This document shows, in pieces, positions 31,043-42,211 of a DNA stretch of 64,000 bases. Under the pieces are notes generated by a model. The model was not told the DNA's origin. It worked only from the letters and a program-made list of their open reading frames with translations, and searched no databases. The position numbers and the translations under genes were made by a program. This DNA is from an uncultured Candidatus Rokubacteria bacterium. GTDB lineage: Bacteria > Methylomirabilota > Methylomirabilia > Rokubacteriales > CSP1-6. The stretch covers positions 288,001 through 352,000 of the forward strand of contig CAVWFS010000018.1 of the NCBI GenBank assembly GCA_963754315.1, in the 5' to 3' direction. How positions within the stretch are numbered: the first letter of the stretch is position 1; every line of letters starts with the position of its first letter.

Positions 31043-32544
31043 GTCGGGTCGCCTGCGTGCTCGTTCCCCACTTCGCGGCGACCGCGGCCGAGCGCGTGGA
31101 GCCGGGGCTCTGCGAGAGGCCGTTGGCCATCGTGACGGGGGCGCCGCCCCTCACGCGCCTTGTCGAGGCCAACTCGGCCGCGCGTGAGCATGGGGTGGGA
31201 CCGGGGATGACCGAGGCCGAGGCGCGTACCCGTTGCCCCGCGCTCGCCGCGCGTCCAGCCACGCCGGAACTCGTCGAGGCCGCCACCCAAGCACTTCTGC
31301 AAGCGTGTCTCGCGGTGTCCCCGCGAATCGAGGACGCGGGGTCGGGACTGGTCCATGTAGACATCGACGGACTGCAGCGACTGATCGGTCACGATCGGGC
31401 CATCGGCGACCGGTTGGCGCGACTGACAGTGAGGGTGGGGTTGCCGGCGCGGGTCGGGATCGCAGACAGCCGTGTGGCGGCGCGCGTGACGGCCCGACGG
31501 GCGACCGCACGCGTGAGCGTGATCCCGCCTGGGGCTGATCAGTCGTCATTGGCCTCCGCCTCACTCGAGGTGCTCGACCTTCCGGACGATCTGCGTGCCA
31601 CTCTCGCTCGCTGGGGGTTGACCACGCTCGGCGAATTGGCTGGGCTTCCACGGGTAGGCCTCGCCGACCGCCTGGGGGTGGCCGGCTTGCGAGCTCATGA
31701 CCTCGCGTGCGGCCGTGATCTCGAGCCCTTCAGGCCTTACGTGGCGCCACCATTTTGGGAAGAAGCGCTGGGGGTGGACTGGGAGATCGACACCGTCCCC
31801 GCGCTGGTGGGAGCGCTCGAGCGCATCGTCATGCGACTCACCGTGCGTCTGGGGATAGCTCACCTCGCCGCCGATGCCCTCTCGCTCAGGCTGGAACTCG
31901 CGAACGGTGGAGGGGACCACCGTCTGGTGCCGCTCGCGTATCCGCTCCGCGAGCCCGAGCCGATGCTGACCTTGCTCCGGCTTTCCCTGGAGGCTCATCC
32001 GCCCTCGGCGGCCGTCACCCGCATCACCCTCGGCGCCAGTGCCGTGAGTCCTCGTCCGGCGCCGCGTGAGTTGTGGGAGCCGGCCGGCCCCCCCACGCGC
32101 GACCTCGAAGCAGTGCTCGGGCGACTGGTCATGCTGGCGGGACCTCAGAGCATCGGCTCGCCCGTCATGAACGATTCACACCGCCCGGATGCGTTCACGT
32201 TGATGCCGTTCGTCCCGCCGGCAGGGGGGCTCCCGCTCGGCACCCTTCCACCACCCGCCGTTCGCCTCGCGCTCCGGCGTCTGCGCCCACCACGCACTAT
32301 CGAGGTCGAGCGGGACCCCCTGGGCCGTGGTGAGGGCCAGCGTCCTGCGCGGATCAGGCTGGATGGGCGTGGACCCATCAGCGTTCTCACCTGTGCCGGA
32401 CCGTGGCGCCTGTCCGGCGAGTGGTGGGACGCCGACCCTTGGGTCCGCGAGGAATGGGACGTCGAGCTCGCGAACGGTCTCGTCTGCCGGCTTGCCCGCG
32501 ATGGGCTTCAGGGTGTCTGGTACCTCGACGGCATCTACGACTGA
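31039..32544 (+). CDS. imuB: inactive Y-family polymerase ImuB
   Basis: AREHGVGPGMTEAEA..CP, SPRIE, WGLTTLGELA, GPWRLSGEWW, WYLDGIYD. Confidence 0.88.
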   Translation: MSRVACVLVPHFAATAAERVEPGLCERPLAIVTGAPPLTRLVEANSAAREHGVGPGMTEAEARTRCPALAARPATPELVEAATQALLQACLAVSPRIEDAGSGLVHVDIDGLQRLIGHDRAIGDRLARLTVRVGLPARVGIADSRVAARVTARRATARVSVIPPGADQSSLASASLEVLDLPDDLRATLARWGLTTLGELAGLPRVGLADRLGVAGLRAHDLACGRDLEPFRPYVAPPFWEEALGVDWEIDTVPALVGALERIVMRLTVRLGIAHLAADALSLRLELANGGGDHRLVPLAYPLREPEPMLTLLRLSLEAHPPSAAVTRITLGASAVSPRPAPRELWEPAGPPTRDLEAVLGRLVMLAGPQSIGSPVMNDSHRPDAFTLMPFVPPAGGLPLGTLPPPAVRLALRRLRPPRTIEVERDPLGRGEGQRPARIRLDGRGPISVLTCAGPWRLSGEWWDADPWVREEWDVELANGLVCRLARDGLQGVWYLDGIYD

Positions 32545-32547
32545 GCC

Positions 32548-35500
32548 ATGTTCGTGGAGCTGCACGCGCAATCAGCCTTTTCGTTCCTCGAGGGGGCCGA
32601 GCATCCCGAGGCGCTGGTGGCGGAAGCGGCGCGTTTCGAGATGAGCGTGCTGGCCCTCGTCGACCGCAATGGTCTCTCCGCCGCGCCTCGCTTCTACCAA
32701 GCGGCCACGCGGGCGGGGATTCGCCCCCTCATCGGCAGCGAGCTGACCCTCCGTGACGGCTCGCGGCTTCCCCTACTCGTCGAGGACCGTGATGGCTACC
32801 GGAACCTGTCACGGTTGATCACCCTGATGAAATTGCGCGCGCCCAAGGGCGAGGGGGCCCTCGACCTCGAAGAGATCGCTCCCTACGCGTCTGGGCTCGT
32901 GTGTCTGACGGGGGGAGCGCACGGCCCGCTTGCCCGTTTCCTCGCTGCCGGAGAGCATGGAGCCGCTCACACCGTGCTCGACAAGCTGGCCGGAATCTTC
33001 GGTGCCGGGAACTGTTTCGTGGAGATCCAGCGTCACCGCGATCGTGCCGAGGAACACCGGCTGCAAGGCCTGGTTTGTCTCGCCCGCCACGCGCGCATCC
33101 CGCTCGTCGCAACCAATCAGCCGCTCTACTGCGGCGAGGTGGGCGCCTCGGAGGCAAGAGCGCTCGATCGTGCCGCGTGGTCAGGAGGGCGGGCGCTCGC
33201 CGATGCGTTGACGTGCATTCGCGAGAAGGTCACCCTGGACGCCGCGGGCCGCCTGCTTGCGTCCAATGACGAGCGCCGTCTCAAGCCCGGTGTCGAGATG
33301 GCGCAGCTGTTCGCCGATCTCCCCGAGGCTGTCACCAACACCGGTGAGCTGGCCCTCCGCCTGGCCTTTACGCTGAAGGATGTCGGCTACCGATTCCCCG
33401 ACTACCCATTGCCTCCCGGCCAGGGACCGCTCGAGCACCTCCGGGTCCTGGCTGAGCGCGGGGCAAGGGCGCGCTACGGCCAAGGACCGCTCGCGGCGAA
33501 GGCCAGTCGGCAGATCGCCTACGAGCTCGACATCATCGGGCGCCTTGACCTCGCAGGTTACTTTCTCATCGTCTGGGATCTGGTCGAGTACTGCCGCGCC
33601 CACGACATCCTGGTGCAGGGGCGGGGATCGGCGGCCAACAGCGCCGTGTGCTACGCGCTCGGGATCACCGCCGTCGATCCGGTGGGCATGGGATTGCTCT
33701 TCGAGCGGTTCCTGTCCGAGTCGCGCGGTGAGTGGCCCGACATCGACCTGGACCTGCCGAGCGGGGAGCGCCGCGAGGAGGTCATTCAGTACGTCTATCG
33801 GCGTTACGGCCGTCTGGGCGCCGCCATGACGGCGAATGTCATTACCTACCGCGGGCGCAGCGCCGCGCGCGAGCTGGGCAAAGTGCTCGACCTTCCCGCC
33901 GACCTCCGGGAGCGGCTGGCGCGGCTCGTCCCCATCTGGGGCTATCGTGACCCGGCCGACGTGCTGACGCGGCACCTCGCCGCCGCCGGCTGCGATCCCA
34001 CGCATCCGCGCATCCGGGCGTTCGCCGCCCTCTGGACACGCATCCAGGATCTCCCGCGCCATCTCGGTCAGCATTCCGGCGGGATGGTCATTGCCGCCGG
34101 CCGGCTCGACGATGTCGTGCCATTGGAGCCGGCCACCATGCCGGGCCGGGTGGTCATCCAGTGGGACAAGGAAGACTGTGCCGCCGTCGGCATCATCAAG
34201 GTCGATCTCCTGGGATTGCGGATGATGTCGGTCATCCAGGAGGCGATCGAGATCGTGGGAGCGACGGGGGGCGAGATCGACCTCGCCCACCTCCCGGCCG
34301 ACGATCCCACGGTGTACGCCATGTTGCGGCAGGCCGACACCATTGGGGTCTTCCAGGTGGAGAGCCGCGCCCAGATGGCCACCCTGCCGCGTATCCAGCC
34401 CGAGCGCTTCTACGACTTGGTAGTCCAGGTGGCCATCATCCGCCCTGGCCCCATCGTGGGCGACATGGTGCATCCGTACATCAATCGCCGCCGCGGACGC
34501 GAACCCGTCACCTATCCTCACCCGAGCCTGATCCCCATCCTCGAGCGCACCTTGGGGGTCCCGCTGTTCCAGGAGCAACTCCTGCGCATGGCCATGGCTA
34601 CCGCCGGCTTCACAGGCTCGGAAGCGGAAGAGTTACGCCGTGCCTTCGGCTTCAAGCGCAGCGAGGCGCGCATGAAGGAGGTGGAAGCCAAGCTGCGGGC
34701 GGGCATGGCGCGCCAGGGAATCGCCGGGGATGCCGCTGAGCAGATCGTGCATGCTATTACCGCGTTCGCCCTCTACGGCTTTCCGGAAAGTCATGCGAGC
34801 AGCTTTGCCCTGCTCGCGTACGCCAGTGCGTACCTCAAGGCCCATCACCCGGCTGCCTTCTACGCGGCCCTGCTCAACAACCAGCCGATGGGCTTCTACC
34901 ACCCGGCCACGATCGTGAACGATGCGCGGCGGCACGGACAGCGTATCTTGCCCATCGACGTCACGCGGTCGGATTGGCTCTGCACGGTCGAGGAGGTCGG
35001 GGACGGCGGGTTGGCCGTGCGTCTCGGCCTCCGGTACGTGAAGGGACTGCGCGAAGAGGTGGCCAAGGCACTGGTGGCCGCGCGAGCCACGCGCGCCTTC
35101 GCGTCCGTCATCGAGGTCGCGCAGCGTGTCTGCGCTCGACCGCGCCGAGCGGGAGACGTCTGGCGGCTATCGGCGCCTTCGCCCGCTGCGGGGGACGCGG
35201 CGTCAGAACGTGTGGGCCTTGGCGGAGCCCCCGGCCGGACCTCTCTTCGCGACGATCCAGAGCGAGATCCGCCTGAGGCAGGGAGGGGCACCAGCCCCCA
35301 CCTCTCACTCACCGCTTCCTGAGATGACCGAGATCGAGCGCCTGGAGGCCGACTATGCGGGGACCGGTGTAACCATCGGCCGCCATCCCATGGCCCTGCG
35401 CCGGGCGGAGCTGGTCGGCGAGGGAGTGACCCGCGCCCGCGATCTCGTCCGCGGGCGGTCTGGCCAGCCTATCCGAGTGGCCGGCAGTGTCATCGTGCGC

Positions 35501-35741
35501 CAGCGCCCGGGAACGGCCAAGGGCTTCCTCTTTCTCAGCCTGGAGGACGAGACGGGTATCGCCAACGTGATCGTGACCCCGCAGCACTTCGAGCGCCACC
35601 GGCTGGTGCTGGTCAGCGAGCCCATTCCTCCTGGTGGAAGGCGTGCTCCAGAGGCAGGACGGCGTGGTATCCGTCAAGGCCGGACGCGTGCAGGCGCTCC
35701 CGCCCCTGACCCACAACGTTCCCTCCCACGACTTCGGCTAG
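32548..35741 (+). CDS. dnaE2: error-prone DNA polymerase DnaE2, frameshifted near the 3' end
   Basis: ELHAQSAFSFLEGA, GRGSAANS, PDIDLD, PRHLGQHSGG, YGFPESH. OB-fold VRQRPGTAKGFLFLSLEDETG and terminal SHDFG* lie in other frames after about 35130 and 35628. Confidence 0.9.
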
Positions 35742-35799
35742 TCTGCAATGCGAGAATGCCAGCGTGGACGCCACTGATCGAGAAGCCCCCGTGACGCGC

Positions 35800-36791
35800 A
35801 TGCGGATTGCGGCGATCGAAGTGAGTCACTGGCACTCGCTCTACGACTCGGCTTACCTGCGCCACCTCGCCGACATGCCCGACGTGGAGCTGGTCGGCCT
35901 TCAGGATCCCAGCGCCGAGATCGCGCCGCAGCGGGCCGCGGCCCTCGGCAACCCTCCGGTGTTCACCGACTATCGGCGAAATGCTGGCGCGCACTCGGCC
36001 GGACTTTGTCATTGCCCTCGGGCGGCATCGAGGCATGGCGGAGATCGCCCACCACCTGCTCGACGAGCGGCTATCCCTTCCTGATGGAGAAGCCCATGGG
36101 AGTGAGCGCGGCCGAGGTCCGGAGCGTCGCGGAGAAGGCAGCAGCGACCAACGCCTTCGTCGCGGTGCCCCTCGGCCAGCGCTACCAGCCAGTCCGTGGT
36201 GCGCGCTCAGGCAGCTGCTCGCCGAAGGGCGGTTCGGGCCGCTCTCGCACATCTACTTCCGCTTGAATCGGCCCACCTCCGCGCGCTATTCGGCCTGGGA
36301 CGCACCCTGGATGCTCGATCCGAGCCGAGGCCGGTGGGGGCTGTCTTCGGAACCTCGGTCCCCATGGGCTGGATCTGTTCCTGTTCCTCACCGGTGAGGA
36401 CGCCCAGGTCACCGGCGCCCAGCTGAGCTGGCGAGCGCGAGGCCAGCCGGTCGAGGACTATGCCTCGGTCCTGCTGCGCTCGTCGAGCGGTGTCCTGGGA
36501 ACGATCGAGGTCGGTAACACGTTCCCTCGAAATGGCACCGACGGCGGGTGGAAGATCGCTGGTCGCGACGCAATCCTCTCCGCTCACCGACGGCGTGATG
36601 CGTCTGGTCACCGCGGACGGGGAGGAGACGATGCCGGGCGAGCCTGACATGCCGCTGGCGCAGACGGCCCTTCGCGACGCCCTCGACCACTGGCGGCGCG
36701 GTGTCCCCCCCCGATCAGCGTCCACGACTGCGCCCGGGTCGCGACGCTCATCGACCGGGCATACGAGGTGGCGGGCCGCCCGTACGGCTAG
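35800..36791 (+). pseudogene. Gfo/Idh/MocA oxidoreductase, multiply frameshifted (pseudogene or sequencing errors)
   Basis: Pieces in alternating frames: VFTDYR, RPDFVIALGRH, FLMEKPMG, GGGCLRNLGPHGLDLF, VEDYA, LIDRAYE. Confidence 0.75.
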
Positions 36792-36847
36792 ACCCCGGTC
36801 GTCGGGGACGGTACAGTGCCTCCGAACCTAGCAGGCGGCACAACTTG

Positions 36848-36876
36848 TTGTTGACACCGAAAGTCTGCTGTAAAGT
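36848..36876 (+). promoter_or_regulatory. possible promoter of the ABC transporter operon
   Basis: TTGTTG-17 nt-TAAAGT (an overlapping TTGACA has only a 14-nt spacer); palindrome ACAAC-TT-GTTGT at 36840-36851. Confidence 0.35.
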
Positions 36877-36957
36877 ACCCGCCAATCGTCGCAGTGACCG
36901 CTCGTCCGCTCCGTCCCGTTCGATCAACGTTGGATCTGAGACAGGAGGAAAGACGCT

Positions 36958-38571
36958 ATGCGCTCACGACGCCTCCAGGTAGGCCTCGCCATACTCGCCA
37001 GCACGCTGCTCTCGACCGCGGTAGCCTCAATACCCAGCGATGCGCAGACGCCGAAACGTGGTGGCACCCTGCGCGTCTCCTATGGGAACGAGATTGCCAA
37101 CCTCGATTTCCACACCGCGCCCGGCTACGAAATGATGTGGGTGGCCATGAACGTCGGGTGCGGCCTGGTGAACATCACATCCGACGGAAAGTTCGTGGGT
37201 GACGCCGCCGACTCTTGGCAGGTTTCGTCCGACGGGTTGCTCTACACCTTCAAGCTCCGCCCGAACGTCCTCTTCCACGACGGTACCAAGGTGGACGCCG
37301 CCGCCGTCAAGTTCAGCATCGATCGCCTCATGGACCCCGCGACCAAGTCCGGGATGCGAAGCTTCTACTCAGCGGTCCACAGCGTGGAGGTGCTCGACCC
37401 GCTCTCGGTGCAGATCCGTCTCAAGCATCCCTACGCCTTCATGCTCCACATGCTGGCCGCGTACCGCACCGGCCTCGTCCTCTACTCGCCCGCCGCCACC
37501 CAGAAGTATTCGGTGGAGGATCGCAAGGCGGGCAAGCCCGAGGCGGTGGTCGGTTGCGGACCCTTCAAGCTCGTCGAGTGGGTGAAGGGTAGCCACCTCG
37601 TCATGGACCGGTTCGACAAGTACTTCGTGGCCGGCGTTCCTTACCTCGACCGCGTGCACATCCGCACCATCAAGGATCCGGTAACCGAGATGGCCGCCTT
37701 CAAGGCCGGCGAGGTCGACTTCATCGCCTCGTTCTCGCCCGAGCACGTCGACACCCTGAAGGCGCAGGTACCCAAGGCCCAGATCATGACGGGCAAGGAA
37801 ACGACACCGATGATGGCGACCATGAAGGTCACCATCCCCAAGGACGGCAAGCCTATGGCCAAGGAGCGAGTGCCGCACCCGTTCTTTGGCGACATCCGCG
37901 TGCGCAAAGCGGTTGGCTGCTATGGTATCGACCGGAGCGAGATCGTGAAGATCGCGTTCAAGGGCCAGGCCACTCCATGGGTCGGCATGATCCCGCCCGG
38001 CACGATGGATTCGGTCGACCTCAACCAGATGTGCCCGTACGACCAGACCAAGGCGAAGGCGCTGCTGGCCGAGGCCGGCTATGGGCCCCAGAAGCCGCTG
38101 ACCTTCGAGCTGATGACCAACACCGAGAAGTCGATCTTCAGCATCATCGCTACCGTCATTAAGGAGCAGATGACGCGCATCGGGGTGACCGCGAACATCC
38201 GCCTGGTCGACAAGGTCACCTGGATGAACACGACCCTCCAGGACGCCCCGTGGGACATGTATGTGGAGGACTTGCTGTCCCTGATCACCCTGGACAGCAA
38301 CGCCTATCTGACGACGACACCATCGACGTGGAACACCTCGCGCCACACCGACGCCAAGGTGGACGAATACTACGCTCGCTACGCCAAGGAACTGGATGCA
38401 GGCAAGCGCAAGGCCATTGCCAAGGAGCTGGCGGAATACATGGCCGACAAGGTGTACTGGAACGTCGTCTCGGGCTCGCCGTTCTACATGGTGGCCCAGC
38501 CGTGGATGAAGGGATACGTCTACAACGCCGAGTTCGAAGTGCACTACCACAAGGTGTGGCTGGACAAGTAG
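36958..38571 (+). CDS. ABC transporter substrate-binding protein, family 5 (peptide/nickel type)
   Basis: Signal peptide, PKRGGTL, YTFKLRPNVLFHDGT, GPFKLVEW, AKALLAEAGY. Confidence 0.93.
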   Translation: MRSRRLQVGLAILASTLLSTAVASIPSDAQTPKRGGTLRVSYGNEIANLDFHTAPGYEMMWVAMNVGCGLVNITSDGKFVGDAADSWQVSSDGLLYTFKLRPNVLFHDGTKVDAAAVKFSIDRLMDPATKSGMRSFYSAVHSVEVLDPLSVQIRLKHPYAFMLHMLAAYRTGLVLYSPAATQKYSVEDRKAGKPEAVVGCGPFKLVEWVKGSHLVMDRFDKYFVAGVPYLDRVHIRTIKDPVTEMAAFKAGEVDFIASFSPEHVDTLKAQVPKAQIMTGKETTPMMATMKVTIPKDGKPMAKERVPHPFFGDIRVRKAVGCYGIDRSEIVKIAFKGQATPWVGMIPPGTMDSVDLNQMCPYDQTKAKALLAEAGYGPQKPLTFELMTNTEKSIFSIIATVIKEQMTRIGVTANIRLVDKVTWMNTTLQDAPWDMYVEDLLSLITLDSNAYLTTTPSTWNTSRHTDAKVDEYYARYAKELDAGKRKAIAKELAEYMADKVYWNVVSGSPFYMVAQPWMKGYVYNAEFEVHYHKVWLDK

Positions 38572-38583
38572 TCGGATAGCCGG

Positions 38584-39561
38584 ATGCGGATCTACGTCCT
38601 CCGGCGGCTGCTCGGGATCGTGCCCACCGTCCTCATGATCACCTTGGTGGTGTTCGTGATGATGCGCTCGATCCCGGGCGACCCGGTGGTGGCCCTCCTC
38701 GGCGACGCTTACACCGAAGAGGACGCGGTCAAGGTGCGCGAGGCCTACGGGCTGAACAAACCGATCATGATCCAGTACCTGATTTGGCTGGGCAAGTTGG
38801 TCCAGGGCGACTGGGGCACTTCAATTCTGAGCGGGCGCCCGGTCCTCCAGGACGTCGTGTTCCGCCTCCCGGTGACCCTGGAGCTCATTGTCCTCTCCAT
38901 GGTGGTGGCGCTGGTGATCGCCATTCCGGCGGCGATCATCGGCGCCAAGCGCCAGAACACGTGGGCTGACTACTCGGCCACGTCGATCGCCATGATCGGG
39001 GTATCCATCCCGGAATTCTTCCTGGGCGTGCTGCTCCTGCTGGCCTTCTCGGTGGGGCTGAAGGGGGCCCTGCCCAGTTCGGGCTGGGTCTACCTGCCCG
39101 GCACCTGCACGAGCGTGGTGTGCGCGGCCGGCCTGGTTGGCAACCTCCAGCACGTGCTCATGCCGGCCATCGCGCTCGGCGTGGGTCGGGCGGCCATCCT
39201 GACACGCTTGCTGCGCTCCAACCTGCTGGAGGTCATTCGCACCGAGTACGTCACCACCGCCCGCGCCAAGGGGCTCGGCGAGCGGGACGTCGTCCTCAAG
39301 CATTCGCTCAAGAATGCCCTCATCCCGACCGTCACCGTGATGGGCCTCCAGGTCGGCTTCCTGATCGGCGGCGCCATCGTGGTGGAGACGCTCTTTGCCA
39401 TGCCCGGTCTCGGCACCTACGGGATCGACGCCATCATTTCGCGCGACTACCAGCAGGTGCAGGGCTTCGCGCTGGTAACGGCGTTCGCCTTTGTGGTAAT
39501 CAACCTGCTCGTGGATCTCACATACTCCCTGCTAGACCCTCGGATCCGCTATGGCTCCTGA
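38584..39561 (+). CDS. ABC permease (DppB-like)
   Basis: IPGDP, GDWGTS, EYVTTARAKGL, VETLF..PGLG, LDPRI. Confidence 0.93.
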   Translation: MRIYVLRRLLGIVPTVLMITLVVFVMMRSIPGDPVVALLGDAYTEEDAVKVREAYGLNKPIMIQYLIWLGKLVQGDWGTSILSGRPVLQDVVFRLPVTLELIVLSMVVALVIAIPAAIIGAKRQNTWADYSATSIAMIGVSIPEFFLGVLLLLAFSVGLKGALPSSGWVYLPGTCTSVVCAAGLVGNLQHVLMPAIALGVGRAAILTRLLRSNLLEVIRTEYVTTARAKGLGERDVVLKHSLKNALIPTVTVMGLQVGFLIGGAIVVETLFAMPGLGTYGIDAIISRDYQQVQGFALVTAFAFVVINLLVDLTYSLLDPRIRYGS

Positions 39562-39602
39562 GGGGAGCCTGGCGGGCCATTAACGATGCGGAGACACCGC
39601 TC

Positions 39603-40529
39603 ATGAGCTCGGTGCACGAGATGCAGGTGGGTGCGGTTGGCGAACTGGTCCTCGAGCGTCCCGCCGTCCCGCGCTCGGAGTCCCCGTTCGCGCAAGGGCT
39701 ACGTCGCCTCCGGCGCAGCACGACGGCCTTGGTGGGCCTGGCCATCGCGACGCTCCTCGTGCTGGTGGCCATCTTTGCCGACGTGCTGGCGCCCCAGAGT
39801 CCTATCGCCAGCGACCAGGCCAAGACGTTCCAGCGCCCGAGCTGGGCGTATCCGCTCGGGACCGACCAGCTGGGGCGCGACATGCTGAGCCGCATCATCC
39901 ATGGCACGCGCATCTCCCTGGCGGTCGGCGTAACGTCGGTGCTGCTGGCGCTTCTCGCGGGTGTGCCCCTCGGGCTCATCGCCGGCTACTACGGAGGGCG
40001 CATTGACACGGGGGTGATGCGGGTGATGGACCTCATCCTCGCGTTTCCAATTTATCTGCTGGCGATCATCCTGATGGTCATCTTCACCCCGACGGCCGGA
40101 TTGATCGGGACGATCAAGGTCGTCGGCGCTATCGCCATCGTGCGCATTCCCATCTACGCGCGACTGGTTCGAGGAAGCGTCCTCTCCGTGAAGGAAAAGG
40201 AGTACATCGAGGCGTGCCGGGCGGTCGGCGTGCGCGACCCGTGGATCATCGTTCGCCACGTCTTGCCCAACTGCCTGGCGCCGATCATCGTGACCACCAC
40301 GCTCGGGATCGCGACCTCCATCATCGTGGAGGCCACCTTGTCATTTCTCGGGCTCGGCACTCAGCCGCCCACGCCGAGCTGGGGCTGGGACCTGAAGGCC
40401 AACGTGTCCTTCATCCACGACTATCCGTGGCTGTCGCTCTTCCCGGGCCTGGCCATCTTTGTCACCGTGCTGGGCTTCAACCTGTTCGGCGACGGCCTGC
40501 GCGACGCCCTCGACCCTCGCCTCAAGTAG
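39603..40529 (+). CDS. ABC permease (DppC-like)
   Basis: LGTDQLGRDMLSR, EYIEACRAVG, HVLPN, LSFLGLG, GDGLRDALDP. Confidence 0.93.
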   Translation: MSSVHEMQVGAVGELVLERPAVPRSESPFAQGLRRLRRSTTALVGLAIATLLVLVAIFADVLAPQSPIASDQAKTFQRPSWAYPLGTDQLGRDMLSRIIHGTRISLAVGVTSVLLALLAGVPLGLIAGYYGGRIDTGVMRVMDLILAFPIYLLAIILMVIFTPTAGLIGTIKVVGAIAIVRIPIYARLVRGSVLSVKEKEYIEACRAVGVRDPWIIVRHVLPNCLAPIIVTTTLGIATSIIVEATLSFLGLGTQPPTPSWGWDLKANVSFIHDYPWLSLFPGLAIFVTVLGFNLFGDGLRDALDPRLK

Positions 40530-40568
40530 GCTCGGGTCGGGAGTCCGCGCGCGCCGACGCGGACCCCG

Positions 40569-41876
40569 TCAGTACTTGTTGGCGATCGGCAGCTCCTCGG
40601 CCGGGAACAGCGTGATGATCTGAGCACCGGCCGGGGTCACGATCACCTCCTCTTCGATGCGAGCCGCGGAGACACCGTCGGTGGCCGGGCAATAGGTTTC
40701 CACCGCGAACATCATCCCGCGCTCGAGCTCCATGGGGTCGTCGAACGAGTTGAGGCGGCTGATGATGGGCCGCTCGTGCAGCCCGAGGCCGATCCCGTGG
40801 CAGAAGTTCAGTCCGAAGGCCGCCATCTCGCTCTCGAAGCCGATCTCCTGGGCCTTGGGAAAGGCGCGGGCGATCTTGTCGGTGGCGACCCCCGGCTTGA
40901 TGAGGGCGATGGCCTCGTCCATCCACTCCCGCGCCTTCTTGTAGGCCGCCACCTGGGGCCGGGTGGCGCGGCCCACGCTGAACGTGCGGTAGTAACAGGT
41001 TCGGTAACCGACGTACGACATGATGATGTCGAAGAAGGCCTGATCGCCAGGCCGGATGAGACGATCGGTGAAGTTGTGGGGGTGCGGGCTGCACCGCTCA
41101 CCGGAAATGGCGTTGATGGCCTCCACGCAATCCGAGCCCATCTCGTAGAGGCGCTTGGTGGCCAGCGCGACGATCTCGTTTTCGCGTGCGCCTGGCTTCA
41201 ACGCCTCGAAGATGTCCTGGTAGACTCCGTCCACCATGGCCGCCGCCATGTTGAGCAAGGTTAGCTCGTCGTGGCTCTTGATCATGCGTGCCTCGAGCAT
41301 CACCTGTTGACCGTCCTGGATCTCGAGGCCGGCCTCCTGCAACGCGAAGAGAAACGGAGGTTCTACCAGGTCGATGCCGAGGGGCTGACCAACCACGCCT
41401 TCCGCACGCAGGATGTCGCGGATCTCCTGGGCCGCGCGACGGAAAAGGCCAGCCTTGGGGGAGACGGCGCCCCGCATCCCCACCATGCCTGCCAGCGACT
41501 GCTTCTCGGGAATCCAGGGCGCGTAAAGGCGGTGGTGACGGGCCGCCGATCCGAAGTCCCAGACCCAGGGTTCGCCGTTGCCGGTGAGAAGACACCACCG
41601 GGTGAGCTTGTCGCGCGCCCACTCGCCGATGACAGTGCCGGAGAGATAGCGGATGTTGTACTGGTCGAAGACGAGTACGGCACCGAGCCCCGAGCGGGCC
41701 AGGGCCTGACGGGCTCGCCCCAGCCGATACGCGTGTAGGCGGCGGAAGTCCACGCGCTCCTCGAAATCCACTTGCGTGTGACCCGGTGCCTGGAGCGGTC
41801 GGTCCCAGCGATGACGCGGGTCCACATCATCGGGCGTGACGGGCATGGGCGTCGGTGCCGCATTCCTTCGAGCCAT
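40569..41876 (-). CDS. M24 family (Xaa-Pro peptidase-like) protein
   Basis: Creatinase-type N-domain (NIRYLSG), ARMIKS, HGIGLGLHERP, AVET, RIEE; start ATG 41876. Confidence 0.9.
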   Translation of the reverse strand: MARRNAAPTPMPVTPDDVDPRHRWDRPLQAPGHTQVDFEERVDFRRLHAYRLGRARQALARSGLGAVLVFDQYNIRYLSGTVIGEWARDKLTRWCLLTGNGEPWVWDFGSAARHHRLYAPWIPEKQSLAGMVGMRGAVSPKAGLFRRAAQEIRDILRAEGVVGQPLGIDLVEPPFLFALQEAGLEIQDGQQVMLEARMIKSHDELTLLNMAAAMVDGVYQDIFEALKPGARENEIVALATKRLYEMGSDCVEAINAISGERCSPHPHNFTDRLIRPGDQAFFDIIMSYVGYRTCYYRTFSVGRATRPQVAAYKKAREWMDEAIALIKPGVATDKIARAFPKAQEIGFESEMAAFGLNFCHGIGLGLHERPIISRLNSFDDPMELERGMMFAVETYCPATDGVSAARIEEEVIVTPAGAQIITLFPAEELPIANKY

Positions 41877-42211
41877 CCGTGCCTCCCCGTGAGCCTTGTC
41901 GACGGCTACTCTACTCCAGGAGCACGCTGCCAGCCCCGCCCCGCGGTTCGCCTCGGCGCGCCCACCGCGCCGCCCCGAATCGCGGCCCGGATCAGCCCCC
42001 CATCTCCCACACCGACCGCACTCCGCGTACACTACCCGACAGTCTGGAGCTCCGGAGTCCGAGGGTGCCTGACGCTGTAAGACCTCGACGAGCCACGTGA
42101 GGTCGGGGCACCCCAAGCAGCAGAGCCCGGCGTGCGAGGCCGGAGACTTCGAGAAGCCGCGTGAAGCCGGGGCACCCAAACCAAGCGTACGATCGAGGGG
42201 GGCCCGGGGTC

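Noticed and set aside
35125..35640. Programmed frameshifting in dnaE2
   Set aside because: Multiple scattered indels without a slippery heptamer, continuing into the unrelated next gene, point to sequence error.
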